From the IMG/VR virus record IMGVR_UViG_2941446319_000001: a DNA stretch of 64,000 nt, one strand, 5' to 3'. The notes below the pieces were generated by a model. It had not been told where the DNA came from. It worked only from the letters and a program-made list of their open reading frames with translations, and ran no database searches. The DNA comes from an uncultured virus (IMG/VR IMGVR_UViG_2941446319_000001). Its lineage: Duplodnaviria > Heunggongvirae > Uroviricota > Caudoviricetes. Shown here one piece after another: positions 10,070 to 19,071 of the stretch (the stretch's first letter is position 1; each line of letters begins with the position of its first letter). Position numbers and translations under genes: made by a program.

Positions 10070-10282
10070 TCACCAGCAAGTCACCCTGTTCAACTGGCCC
10101 AGTAGGTTCTTCAGACAGTTCGGGTCGGACGGTGTGCTCGGCATCGTCTTCTTGCACTTCAGTGGGCACGGGCAGTACATCTTGTAGTGCCCATTCCCCC
10201 CGAGCTCGACCCTCCAACCCTTCTGTTCGGCCTCCCTGAGGACCGCCTCGAACTCTTTCGTCTTGTGTCGCGGTCTGACCAC
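10070..10282 (-). CDS. HicA-like toxin
   Basis: 70-aa basic ORF with KEFEAVLREAEQKGWRVELGGNGHYKM...TPSD, a dsRBD-like HicA pattern with GxH. Confidence 0.65.
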   Translation of the reverse strand: MVRPRHKTKEFEAVLREAEQKGWRVELGGNGHYKMYCPCPLKCKKTMPSTPSDPNCLKNLLGQLNRVTCW

Positions 10283-10577
10283 CTTTGTCCCACCTGTCGA
10301 CGACTTGAGTCTACGCACCGGCCTCGTCCCCGAACAGACCGCCCTGCCGTAGGTTGGCACAACGCATGACGCCCGGACAGCGGTTTGGGATGACGCGTCG
10401 GCAAAACCGGAGCCCTTGGAACGGCAGCGGCCCCCGGAAGATCCAAGCCGGGGGGCCTTTGCGTTGTCGCCATGACGGATAGGCGAGTTTCTTAAAACTC
10501 TTCGAGAAACATCCTGACTGGAGTCATCCCCCGGCGTAGCGTCGGGCACACAGATGCCCCGAAGCTGGGAGGTCCGC

Positions 10578-11426
10578 ATGGCCAGCACAGAAAAGATCAA
10601 CGAAGCACGAAGGGCGCTCGCCGATCGGCTCAAGGAGCTCCGTCTCCACCCCGCCCACGGCAACCCCATGACCGGCGACCAGCTCGCCGACGCCATGGGA
10701 TGGCCTGGCCGCAAAGCCCGCATCAGCAAAATCGAGAACGCGACGCAGCCCCCCACCATCGACGACATCAAAGCGTGGGCAACCGCATGCGGCGCCGACC
10801 ATGAGATCCCCGACCTGATAGCGCAGGTGCGCACCATCGACAGCATGTACACGGAATGGCGGCGCCTGGAGCAGCGAGGGCTCTTCGAGGTCCAGGAGGC
10901 GTTTATCAGCCTCTACGAGCGCACCACCCAGCTCAGGGTGTGGCAGCACTCCGCCGTCCCCGGCCTGCTCCAGACGGAGGCGTACGCCCGCGCCCACCTG
11001 GCGACCATCATCGCGTTCCGCGGCATCCCGGACGACCTGGATCGCGCCGTGGCGGCCCGCATGTCGCAGCAGGACAGCATCGGCGGCGTCCGCCGGTTCG
11101 TGTTCCTGCTCGGCGAGCAGGCACTCCACACGCCGATGCTGGATGCGGGCGGAATGCGTGAGCAGCGGGAGCGGCTGGCCGGCTACACCCACGACCACCC
11201 GAACGTGTCCCTGGGGATCCTGCCCCGAGACGTCCGCCCGCCGGTGATGCCGCCGGAGAACTTCTGGCTGTACGACACCGCCGAGGTCAGGGTGGATGGG
11301 GTAGCGGCGCAGTTCCGGATCAAGAAGCCGGACGACATCGCCGTCTACGAGAAAGCGTTCACCGCCCTGTCCGAGGTGTGCGTGTATGGGGAGGCAGCCA
11401 GGAGGCTAATCGAAGCCAACGACTGA
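10578..11426 (+). CDS. XRE-family regulator with DUF5753-type C-terminal domain
   Basis: LADRLKELR..QLADAMGW..RISKIEN HTH; VPGLLQTEAYAR; LGEQAL; PNVSLGILP. Confidence 0.88.
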   Translation: MASTEKINEARRALADRLKELRLHPAHGNPMTGDQLADAMGWPGRKARISKIENATQPPTIDDIKAWATACGADHEIPDLIAQVRTIDSMYTEWRRLEQRGLFEVQEAFISLYERTTQLRVWQHSAVPGLLQTEAYARAHLATIIAFRGIPDDLDRAVAARMSQQDSIGGVRRFVFLLGEQALHTPMLDAGGMREQRERLAGYTHDHPNVSLGILPRDVRPPVMPPENFWLYDTAEVRVDGVAAQFRIKKPDDIAVYEKAFTALSEVCVYGEAARRLIEAND

Positions 11427-11578
11427 TCTTTAAGAAACTTATCGAAACTTCGTTGAGCTGCCACGACACAGCTCTCTAACGTCAGCGGCGAACACCTTCG
11501 CAGGCCAGGCACTCGGGGACCGCGCCACCCGCCTGGCCCGACGCGACCTCCACCCACGTCGCCCGTGAGGAAATCGCC

Positions 11579-11941
11579 GTGTCCAACGACGCCTCAACCC
11601 AGGCCGCCCTCGACCTCCACAGTGCCGTCGCGAGAGCCGCAGTAGCTGCCCGCGCTGCCGCCGCCCGCGAACCGTTCGAACTCCGCCAACTGGCCGTACT
11701 GCAGGACACCTACCCCGGCTGGGACATCAGCCGCGTCCGAGACGATTCCGGCCGGCAGCGGTGGCTCGCCGTGTACGGCGGTCCACTCACGGAAGAGATG
11801 CGCGCCGCCAACGCGGCAGCCACAATCCTGGAGTCGGATGCTGTCACCCTCGCGGCCACCCTCGCGTGGCAGTCGGCCCTCGTCGGCGCTGTGACCGCGA
11901 CACATCAGCCCTTCGGCCAGTCCTTCGGCGGGGAGACGTAG
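11579..11941 (+). CDS. Hypothetical protein
   Basis: GAGG RBS; LQDTYPGWDI motif. Confidence 0.6.
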   Translation: MSNDASTQAALDLHSAVARAAVAARAAAAREPFELRQLAVLQDTYPGWDISRVRDDSGRQRWLAVYGGPLTEEMRAANAAATILESDAVTLAATLAWQSALVGAVTATHQPFGQSFGGET

Positions 11942-11949
11942 CTGCCGCG

Positions 11950-12237
11950 CTACTCCTCGGCCGCCTGAAGTTTCTCGGCGGCGCCCGCCAGCACGTAGCT
12001 TCCGGTGCCCCGCTCCGTCTCCACCAGGCCGGCCTCGCGCAAGGCGCGGTGCACCTTCTGGGCGACCGTGTTCGACATGTCCCACCCGGTCATGAGTTCG
12101 TGCACCGTGGGCACCCGGTCGCCAGGGGCCAGCTCACCGGTGCGGATCTGGTCGCAGATCGCCGCGAACGCCTGGCGCCACTTCGACCGACTCGGATGCA
12201 TGCGATCAAGATTCGTGCGCCATACCAGGGTGGACAT
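11950..12237 (-). CDS. GntR-family winged-helix regulator
   Basis: QIRTGELAPGDRVPTVHEL...VAQKVHRALREAGLVETERGTGSYV; start may be at 12201. Confidence 0.9.
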   Translation of the reverse strand: MSTLVWRTNLDRMHPSRSKWRQAFAAICDQIRTGELAPGDRVPTVHELMTGWDMSNTVAQKVHRALREAGLVETERGTGSYVLAGAAEKLQAAEE

Positions 12238-12371
12238 AGCAACACGTAGACGCCCCGTAATACACGTGGATATGGTTTAAGACACCTTGACGTGGCAGAC
12301 TCGATGGCCAGACATGAGTCGGGCCCGGCAAGCGCGCGAACGCTAGACCGGGCCCTGATCGCACACTGGAG

Positions 12372-12635
12372 GTGCGACATATGGACCAGCCTAACCCGAT
12401 GCCCCAGATCCCAGAGTTCAACGTCTGGGAAGACGGCGAAGGCTTCCACGCCACCTGGGCCAAACCGCTCGGCGCCGACGAAGCGCACGCGCGCATCCCA
12501 GAGCAGGCTGATTCCCGGCACGTCGACCAGCTTGAGGCCGAGTGCGCCTGGCTGCGCATCCGCCGGGATCTCGCGACCCAGTCCACCTGGCGGCGCACAG
12601 TGGATATCCCGTTCAGGACGGGCGACCCGACGTGA
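12372..12635 (+). CDS. Hypothetical protein
   Basis: GGAGG RBS nearby, protein-like ORF. Confidence 0.55.
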   Translation: MRHMDQPNPMPQIPEFNVWEDGEGFHATWAKPLGADEAHARIPEQADSRHVDQLEAECAWLRIRRDLATQSTWRRTVDIPFRTGDPT

Positions 12636-12732
12636 GCGCCGACCCCGACGGCTGGGCAGCGAAGAGAACCGGCTCAACCGCGTGCGACGCAGGCAGAAGC
12701 CACAGCACCGAACTCCCAGGCCGGAGGTAGAG

Positions 12733-12957
12733 GTGTCCGGGTACGGCATCGGGTTCACAGGCCGGCCCGGCGTGGGCATGGCGGAGCTTGGCACGCTACA
12801 GCGGCACGCAGTGCCTGTTCCTTGGCCGCCAGGTGCACCCTACGGTGACGCGGTGTGCGGCCGGCGCGTCGTCCTCAACTGGATCTGGGGGCAGCCGATG
12901 ACGTACTCCCTCAAGGACGGCTCCCTGTGCGCGGAGTGCGTACAGCGCCTCACCTAG
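12733..12957 (+). CDS. Small zinc-finger-like hypothetical protein
   Basis: GGAGG RBS plus GTG; H..AVCG..CAEC. Confidence 0.55.
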   Translation: MSGYGIGFTGRPGVGMAELGTLQRHAVPVPWPPGAPYGDAVCGRRVVLNWIWGQPMTYSLKDGSLCAECVQRLT

Positions 12958-13149
12958 ACAGCCCGGCCCCCGCTTTCTGCTGCGGATTGCGGGAGCCGGG
13001 CGATCAACCCGGTCCTAGCGCGGACACCGGGACGCTGGCGGCCCTGCCCTTCCGGCCGGAGGGGACGGAGGGCAGGGCTGCCGCAAACAAATAGGAGGGA
13101 ATCCGTGAACGACTGGCCGCAAAATTCCCCACGTCCTACCGTCGGGGAC

Positions 13150-13446
13150 ATGAGCACCACTGACCGTGACCACTTCACTGCGATCACCACCCCCCGCGGG
13201 AGTGTCGTGAGCATCCCGTTCCTCACCGCCGAGCAGGCCGCCGACGTCGCCGACCAGTTCGAGCCGCCCGCCGAACCAGTCGCGCCGATCGAGGCCGGCG
13301 AGGAAACCCAGCAGTGCAGCAAGTGCAGCGGGGCCGGCGGCTGGAACGAAGAGGTCCGGACGAAGACCGGCAAGGGCGGCGAGGTCGTCACGCAGAAGTG
13401 GGTGAACTGCAGGCCCTGCGGCGGCACCGGGCGAGTCTCGAAGTAG
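13150..13446 (+). CDS. Small protein with DnaJ-type zinc-finger repeats
   Basis: CSKCSGAG and CRPCGGTG (CxxCxGxG). Confidence 0.7.
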   Translation: MSTTDRDHFTAITTPRGSVVSIPFLTAEQAADVADQFEPPAEPVAPIEAGEETQQCSKCSGAGGWNEEVRTKTGKGGEVVTQKWVNCRPCGGTGRVSK

Positions 13447-13544
13447 GGCAAGACGCGAGCTGGCCCCCGCCTACGAATCCCGGGCGGGGGCCTTCGCGCC
13501 TGGCAAGGCGAGGGCTCCCGTGACAGCCTTGCCAGGCACACGAA

Positions 13545-13579
13545 AAGGCCCTGCCGCCCGTCGTGGGCGGCAGGGCCTT
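13545..13579. terminator. Intrinsic terminator-like hairpin
   Basis: aaggccctgccgccc-gtcgt-gggcggcagggcctt preceded by an A-run; further hairpins at 13462-13492. Confidence 0.75.
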
Positions 13580-13614
13580 CGTCCTATCTCCGGAAGGTTA
13601 CACATGTCCGTTTC

Positions 13615-13629
13615 TGCAAGTAGCTTGCA
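13615..13629. promoter_or_regulatory. Palindromic operator candidate TGCAAG-N3-CTTGCA
   Basis: Perfect 6-bp inverted repeat 30 bp upstream of the HTH gene that precedes the transfer genes. Confidence 0.5.
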
Positions 13630-13659
13630 AAGCATTGGTGCGACTGCTACACCTAAGAA

Positions 13660-13887
13660 GTGACCGACGAGCGGGAGGTGAGCGACGACATGCTTGCCGC
13701 ACGACTTCGTGAAACAGCCGCCCGCGTACAAGCAGGCGAACAAGCCCGCGACGAACGAGGACGACTCATCGAAGAAGCCGGCCGCCGCAACTGGCCCCGC
13801 GAAGTGATCGCCGACTTGGCCGGCGTCAGCCACCAAGCAGTGACCCAACGCATCCAGAAGAGCCGCCAGCAAGACACAACCGAATAA
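13660..13887 (+). CDS. Small HTH DNA-binding protein
   Basis: WPREVIADLAGVSHQAVTQRI. Confidence 0.75.
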   Translation: MTDEREVSDDMLAARLRETAARVQAGEQARDERGRLIEEAGRRNWPREVIADLAGVSHQAVTQRIQKSRQQDTTE

Positions 13888-13973
13888 GCCGAACGCCCCG
13901 GAGCCAGCGTTGGCGCGCTGACCCCGGGACTTGATCTCGAAACCTCCGTGACTAGAGGACAGGTCCGAGACCC

Positions 13974-15539
13974 ATGGCACAAAGTAATGCCGCTGACCTG
14001 CTCAGCGGTAGTCCTGTTGATCCGTTTCCCGTTTCCTCTCCCGCCGACTGGTGGGCGTGGATATGGACCCATATCTCCATCCCTCTCCCGCCCATCGAGG
14101 TGCTGTGGGGTGTCGGCGCGCTGGCCGTCCTCCTGCTCACCTTCCTGTTCGGCCGCGCCTCTCTGAAAGGTCTGCGCAGCCTCGGGCGCCTCACGAAGGC
14201 GTACCTGTCCAGCCGTTCCATCGAGGACGTGCTGACGATCGTCGCCGCCTCGATCGCGACCGGCGTCTCCGCGACCGGCATGTGGCGCTTCGCCGAAGAC
14301 GTACTCCACCTGCCATTCCTCCTGCGGGTGCTGCTGTTCGCCTTCATCGAGGTCGCGATCGTCACCTCGGCGGTGCGTGCCCGCCGGAACATGCGGGAGA
14401 ACTTCTCCGCCGGCGTGGACGGCATGGCCGTGTGGGCGCTCACCGTCCTCACTGCGGTCCTGTCGAGCATGGACGCCCGCTCGCTGCCGGAGGCGGTGTT
14501 CAGGCTCGCCGCCCCGCTGGTCGCAGCGTGGCTGTGGGAGCGCGGCATGGCCATCGAACGCCACCGCATCCGCGGCACCAAGGGCATCCACTGGCGGTTC
14601 ACGCTGGAACGCGCCATGGTCCGCCTCGGCCTGGCGGAGGCGCGCGACCGTAGCGCCGCCGACGTGGACGCCCACCGCAGGCTCACCCGCGTCGCGCTGG
14701 CCGCCAAGCGGGCCAAGGCGCTGCGCGAAGCCGGCGCCCCCGAGCGCAAGCTGCGCGCCGCCTTCGCCAAACTCGACAAGGCCATGGACCAGGCCGTCGA
14801 GCACACCGGCCTGTCCGACGACGAGACGCGGCAATCGGCTCTGCTGGCGCGGATCGACGCGCTGAACAGCACGGCCACGCTGGCACGCCGGGACAAGGTC
14901 GCCAGGTGGGCCGACCCGACGACCCAGGAAGACCGGGAGCGGGCCGAGACGGCATTGAACGAGGTGCTGCAATTCGACACCGCCGAGGCGACCCAGCGGG
15001 CCATCGACCGGACCGCGGTGACGCTGATGGCGTTGACCGAGCGGGCGACCTCCGAGCAGGTCACCAACAAGGTCACGCCGCTGGTCACCGAGACTGTCAC
15101 CCATGTGGACGTCCCCGCCCCCCGGAACGGCACCACGCTGACCCCTGCCGTGACTGCTCCGGTGACTCCCTCGTTGACCGTCGAACGAGTCAACGAAGAC
15201 GTCACGTTCGACGTCACCGACGAAGCCTGGTTCGACATCGAGCGGGCGCTGACCGCGGACCCCTCGGTGACCCGGATGTTGACCCACCCGATGACCCCTG
15301 ACGAGGTCACCCAAGAGGTCAACGACGCCGCCGATGAGGCTACGAAGACCAAGGTCATGCGCCTCTACTGGGAATCCGAGGTGGCGAAGAAGCGCCACCC
15401 GCGCCCGATCGATCTGGCCCGCCATGCGGGCGCCGATCGCAGCCTCGCCTCCCGCCTCCTCAACGAATGGGTTGAGGAGCTGTCTGGCTGGGACAAGCGC
15501 CGCGCCAAGGCCGCACTACGCGGCAAGGCATCCGCGTAA
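13974..15539 (+). CDS. Multi-pass membrane protein with C-terminal HTH, Spd/DUF2637-like transfer accessory
   Basis: Several TM helices, helical coiled region, T/V-rich linker, C-terminal PIDLARHAGADRSLASRLL HTH; first gene of the operon ending in the FtsK gene. Confidence 0.6.
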   Translation: MAQSNAADLLSGSPVDPFPVSSPADWWAWIWTHISIPLPPIEVLWGVGALAVLLLTFLFGRASLKGLRSLGRLTKAYLSSRSIEDVLTIVAASIATGVSATGMWRFAEDVLHLPFLLRVLLFAFIEVAIVTSAVRARRNMRENFSAGVDGMAVWALTVLTAVLSSMDARSLPEAVFRLAAPLVAAWLWERGMAIERHRIRGTKGIHWRFTLERAMVRLGLAEARDRSAADVDAHRRLTRVALAAKRAKALREAGAPERKLRAAFAKLDKAMDQAVEHTGLSDDETRQSALLARIDALNSTATLARRDKVARWADPTTQEDRERAETALNEVLQFDTAEATQRAIDRTAVTLMALTERATSEQVTNKVTPLVTETVTHVDVPAPRNGTTLTPAVTAPVTPSLTVERVNEDVTFDVTDEAWFDIERALTADPSVTRMLTHPMTPDEVTQEVNDAADEATKTKVMRLYWESEVAKKRHPRPIDLARHAGADRSLASRLLNEWVEELSGWDKRRAKAALRGKASA

Positions 15540-15551
15540 CCATCTCAACGA

Positions 15552-15743
15552 TTGGACAAGAGCATGGCTCTGCTTGTGATCGTCGGCGTCTTGATAGGCG
15601 CTGTTGTCACCATGATGATCTTCAAGATCACGCGCTGGTGGGAGCTCATCATCCTGGTCGGCCTGGGCTCCCTGGCCACCGTCTGTGTCTACAACGGCTA
15701 TGTCGGCGAGTTCTTCGACACGCTCACGGCGTGGGCTCGGTGA
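15552..15743 (+). CDS. Small two-TM membrane protein (Spd-like)
   Basis: Two hydrophobic helices; stop overlaps next start (GTGA). Confidence 0.6.
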   Translation: MDKSMALLVIVGVLIGAVVTMMIFKITRWWELIILVGLGSLATVCVYNGYVGEFFDTLTAWAR

Positions 15744-16417
15744 GTGGCATGAGCTGGCTCATCATCGCCCTAGTCCTCGTGATCGCCATCGGCGCGGTCG
15801 AGAAGTCCGACATCAGGCCCGCCGCCCGCATCCGTGGCAGCCGCGCCTACCAGGGCGGCCGGCGGCGCGCGATCGACCTCGGCAGTGTCCTGCGCGGACG
15901 GCCTCCGCTGTACGTCAATGGCCAGCGCACCGATGTGAAGGACCTGACGGCGCAGGTCGCGGCGATGTCCGACCTGAAGCCTCCCAGGCAGCCCAAGGCG
16001 AAACGCCCCACCATCGCCTACACCCCGCCCACCGCACCTGCGCCGACGCCTGCCGCAGCCAACGGCAGCGCCTCAGCGCCGGGGTCCGCCGGCATCACCG
16101 TGGACTTCTTCCAAGGGGTTCTGATGCTGATCAACGCCCCCTACGAAGGGCCGAACGACGCCCTGCGCCAGCTCCGGAGCCTCGCCGAAGGCGGCAGGCA
16201 GTGGAACGGCGGCCTGATCGGGCTGCACCGGCGGATGTCCGATCCGGCCGACATGCGGATCGACCCGTTCGTAGCGGATCACGTGGTCCGTGCGGCGGCG
16301 CTGGGCCAGGCGATGGTACTGGAGCTGGTGGAGGCGGACACGGCGATGACCGCCCTGCTGAACATGACCCTTGCCGAGATCACCGAGCGGGGCCTCCAGG
16401 TCCCCAACACCAAGTAG
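15740..16417 (+). CDS. Membrane-anchored hypothetical protein in the transfer operon
   Basis: N-terminal TM SWLIIALVLVIAIGAV; coupled to upstream gene; alternative ATG at 15749. Confidence 0.65.
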   Translation: MSGMSWLIIALVLVIAIGAVEKSDIRPAARIRGSRAYQGGRRRAIDLGSVLRGRPPLYVNGQRTDVKDLTAQVAAMSDLKPPRQPKAKRPTIAYTPPTAPAPTPAAANGSASAPGSAGITVDFFQGVLMLINAPYEGPNDALRQLRSLAEGGRQWNGGLIGLHRRMSDPADMRIDPFVADHVVRAAALGQAMVLELVEADTAMTALLNMTLAEITERGLQVPNTK

Positions 16418-16425
16418 GAGTGACG

Positions 16426-18414
16426 TTGAAGCGGGCGCAGCAGCAACCGGCCGGCTACCACGTGGTGTTCCAGCCGCAGGAGCCGCCGAAGCGCCGCGCC
16501 TGGCCTATCCGGGCGGGCCGGTGGATGCGCAGGAACCGGCTGTGGCTGATCCCGCTCGCCATCCCGTTCGGCCTGCTCGTGGCAGCTCACACGGTATACA
16601 AGGCGGGCTGGTGGTGGTGGTTCATCCCTGCGGTACTACTGGTGTCTGCCGCCGTCGTGATGGGCGCCCCGGACCGGTGGGACCGTACCGCGGAGGTGCG
16701 GTTCGCTCGCGCCACCGCCGCGGGGATCGCCGCCTGGCTGATCGCAGGCGCGCTGTGGGGCGTCTGGAACGCTCTCATGACGTACACGCTCGGCGGCCTG
16801 TGGACGATGTGGACCGTCTGCTGGTGGTGGCACAAACGCCCCCGCAAGCAAGACAAGGCCATCGCCGAGTGGGACCTGCAGTGGCAGCTCATCATCCACC
16901 GAATGCGCCCACAACAGCTCACCAACAGCCACGTCATCGAGGTGGACCTGTCGGACGAGAACGTGGACGCATTGCTCATCAAGCTCGACCGGGGGCGGCA
17001 GAACATCGGCAACCTGCGGGACGCTGGCGAGTCAATCCTGTCTGCGTGGGAGTACCCGGAGGAGACCACGTTCCGGGTGGTCAAGCACGGCAGGAACCGG
17101 AACTGGGCCTGGTTCAAAATCCAGCACGCCAACCCGCTGGCCGAACGCCGCGAGTGGGACGAGGACCTCGCCCCGTCCAGCTTCCTGGACGAATTCGTCG
17201 TGGGCTTCACCCCCGAAGGCGCTCTGATCAAGACGACGCTGCCGAAGGCGCACTGGTTCATCGTCGGCCAGACACAGTTCGGCAAGTCCACGTGGCTGTC
17301 CCTGAAACTCGCCCAGCTTGCCGCCTGCGACGACGTCCTCATCTGGGTGATCGACCTCAAGGGCGGCGGCATGGCCGCCCCGTGGAAGCCGTGCATCGAC
17401 TGGCTGGCCACTACCCATGCCGAGGCCGAGCAGATGCTGGCCGCAGCCAAGCGGATCATCAATGCCCGCTCCTCCCTCACTGGCGACCACATCCCCTCCC
17501 CCGAGGACCCGGCGATCGTCATCGTCATGGACGAGTGCAACGAAGCTTTCGGGCAAGGCACAGGCACCGCCGCGCTGGTGGCTGCGGGGGTATCGGTGGC
17601 GCAACTCGGCGCGGGTATGTCGGTCGAGCTCGACGCGGCCACCCAGATCGGTGGCCTGTCGTCGATGGGCGACGAGCGGATCCGCTCCAACCTGTCCAAG
17701 TGCATGGCGTTCCGCTGCCAACAGGACGCGCACGCCGAGTACGCGCTGGAGGACTGGAAGCACCTGAGCGCCTCCAAGCTGGATCAGCCCGGCATGTTCT
17801 ATTTCAAGGACCAGGCAAAACCGTCCGTACTGGGCCGCGGCTTCTGGATCTCTACGCCGCAGCGCGCCCGCCTGGCCCGCATGTACGCCGCCCGCCGCCC
17901 GGTACTGCCGGAGGCGCTCGCTCTGCACGCCGGCGAAGCGTACTCGTCTCGCCACGATCGTGGGGCTGCCGCTCGGCCGCCCTCCCCTGCCCGCGAGGAG
18001 TTTTCTGTGCCTACCCCTGCCGAGATGGCCGCCGCGATCGAGTCCGGCCTTCCCGATCCTGTCACGCACGCTCAGATGGCAAGGCTTGCCGAGGCCCGTG
18101 CCGCCGATGGCCTCCCTCCCCTGTCGGCGGAGCAGGCCTCCCGGACTGGTCAAGATCGTTTTGTGGCTGAGCTGCAGTCCGGACCCCGCTCCCCCACCCA
18201 GCTCATCGAAGCGTCAGGGATGAGCAAGTCGTGGGTGATGGCGATGCTGCCCAAGCTCGTCGAGTACGGCGCAGCTCGCCAAGCAGGACCGCGAGAGCCG
18301 TACGAGGCGGTCCCCGGGATGGACATCCAGGAGGCGCTGGCCGAGATCAGACGCGACCGGCGCAAGCTCGAAGACAAGGCCAAGACCAAGGTCAAGGATC
18401 TGGTGACGTCATGA
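16426..18414 (+). CDS. traB: TraB-like FtsK/SpoIIIE DNA translocase
   Basis: AGGAG RBS plus TTG; four N-terminal TM helices; Walker A GQTQFGKS; IDLKGG; Walker B IVIVMDE; ATQ motif; C-terminal winged helix SPTQLIEASGMSKSWVMAMLPKLVEYG. Confidence 0.82.
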   Translation: MKRAQQQPAGYHVVFQPQEPPKRRAWPIRAGRWMRRNRLWLIPLAIPFGLLVAAHTVYKAGWWWWFIPAVLLVSAAVVMGAPDRWDRTAEVRFARATAAGIAAWLIAGALWGVWNALMTYTLGGLWTMWTVCWWWHKRPRKQDKAIAEWDLQWQLIIHRMRPQQLTNSHVIEVDLSDENVDALLIKLDRGRQNIGNLRDAGESILSAWEYPEETTFRVVKHGRNRNWAWFKIQHANPLAERREWDEDLAPSSFLDEFVVGFTPEGALIKTTLPKAHWFIVGQTQFGKSTWLSLKLAQLAACDDVLIWVIDLKGGGMAAPWKPCIDWLATTHAEAEQMLAAAKRIINARSSLTGDHIPSPEDPAIVIVMDECNEAFGQGTGTAALVAAGVSVAQLGAGMSVELDAATQIGGLSSMGDERIRSNLSKCMAFRCQQDAHAEYALEDWKHLSASKLDQPGMFYFKDQAKPSVLGRGFWISTPQRARLARMYAARRPVLPEALALHAGEAYSSRHDRGAAARPPSPAREEFSVPTPAEMAAAIESGLPDPVTHAQMARLAEARAADGLPPLSAEQASRTGQDRFVAELQSGPRSPTQLIEASGMSKSWVMAMLPKLVEYGAARQAGPREPYEAVPGMDIQEALAEIRRDRRKLEDKAKTKVKDLVTS

Positions 18415-18436
18415 GGTCACTCACAGTCCGTCACCA

Positions 18437-18560
18437 AGGTCCACGAAGATCACTCCTGTGGACTTGTGGGAGCCCATACGTGCGTAGGCGTGGGCGCGCG
18501 GGCGCGAGTGGACCTCCCGTGGACCTCGCGAAGAGGGGTTCGTGGACCATCCGTGGACCT
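18437..18560. promoter_or_regulatory. clt-like cis-acting transfer locus: cluster of 8-bp GTGGACCT repeats
   Basis: GTGGACTT 18458, GTGGACCT 18508 and 18519, GTGGACCA 18542, GTGGACCT 18553, inverted AGGTCCAC 18437; two pairs have 3-bp spacers; directly downstream of the traB-like gene. Confidence 0.75.
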
Positions 18561-18595
18561 CACGATGATCTACAGAGCGTAACCGCCGAGAGGGG

Positions 18596-18865
18596 ATGTC
18601 GATCATGTTCGCGGCGATGATGACCGACCTGCTGGACATGGCCACCGCCACCGCATGGATGGCTGACGGCCTTTGCAGCCAGACCGATCCGGAGGAGTTC
18701 TTCCCCGACACTGGCGAGAGCTCGGACGCCGCCAAGCAGGTGTGCCGCGACTGCCCGGTGCGCGAGCGGTGCCTGGAGTACGCGCTCGCCGAGGGGATCG
18801 AATTCGGCGTCTGGGGTGGCCTGACCGCCAGCGAACGCGCCAAGCGGCTCGACCTAGCCGCTTAA
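18596..18865 (+). CDS. whiB: WhiB-family transcription factor
   Basis: LCSQTDPEEFFP..AKQVCRDCPVRERCLEYAL..GVWGG. Confidence 0.95.
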   Translation: MSIMFAAMMTDLLDMATATAWMADGLCSQTDPEEFFPDTGESSDAAKQVCRDCPVRERCLEYALAEGIEFGVWGGLTASERAKRLDLAA

Positions 18866-18900
18866 CCGACCAGTGCACCACCGAGAGAAGGAGAGCGGCA

Positions 18901-19071
18901 ATGGCCAGCGACAAGCCCAGACGGCAGCCCAGGATCCAGCAGACGGCCCCGGTCGTGAACAACACGACCGGCCCAGTCACCATCCGGGGAGTGACCGCGT
19001 ACGACGAGGAAGGCAACGCGGTCGGTCGGGTTGGCGTTGAGGCGCCGGGCGACGGAGACGTTGCGGAGTAG
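18901..19071 (+). CDS. Small hypothetical protein
   Basis: AAGGAG RBS and ATG. Confidence 0.55.
   Translation: MASDKPRRQPRIQQTAPVVNNTTGPVTIRGVTAYDEEGNAVGRVGVEAPGDGDVAE

Noticed and set aside
15685..16425. N-terminal 247 aa of the 909-aa ORF
   Set aside because: Overlaps two better genes in other frames; an RBS-supported start lies at 16426.
16426..18414. Chromosomal ftsK or type VII secretion EccC
   Set aside because: Single ATPase domain, mobile-element context, adjacent 8-bp repeats and no WXG100 genes.
18437..18560. CRISPR array
   Set aside because: Repeats are only 8 bp with irregular short spacers; no cas genes and no CRISPR array were seen in the window.
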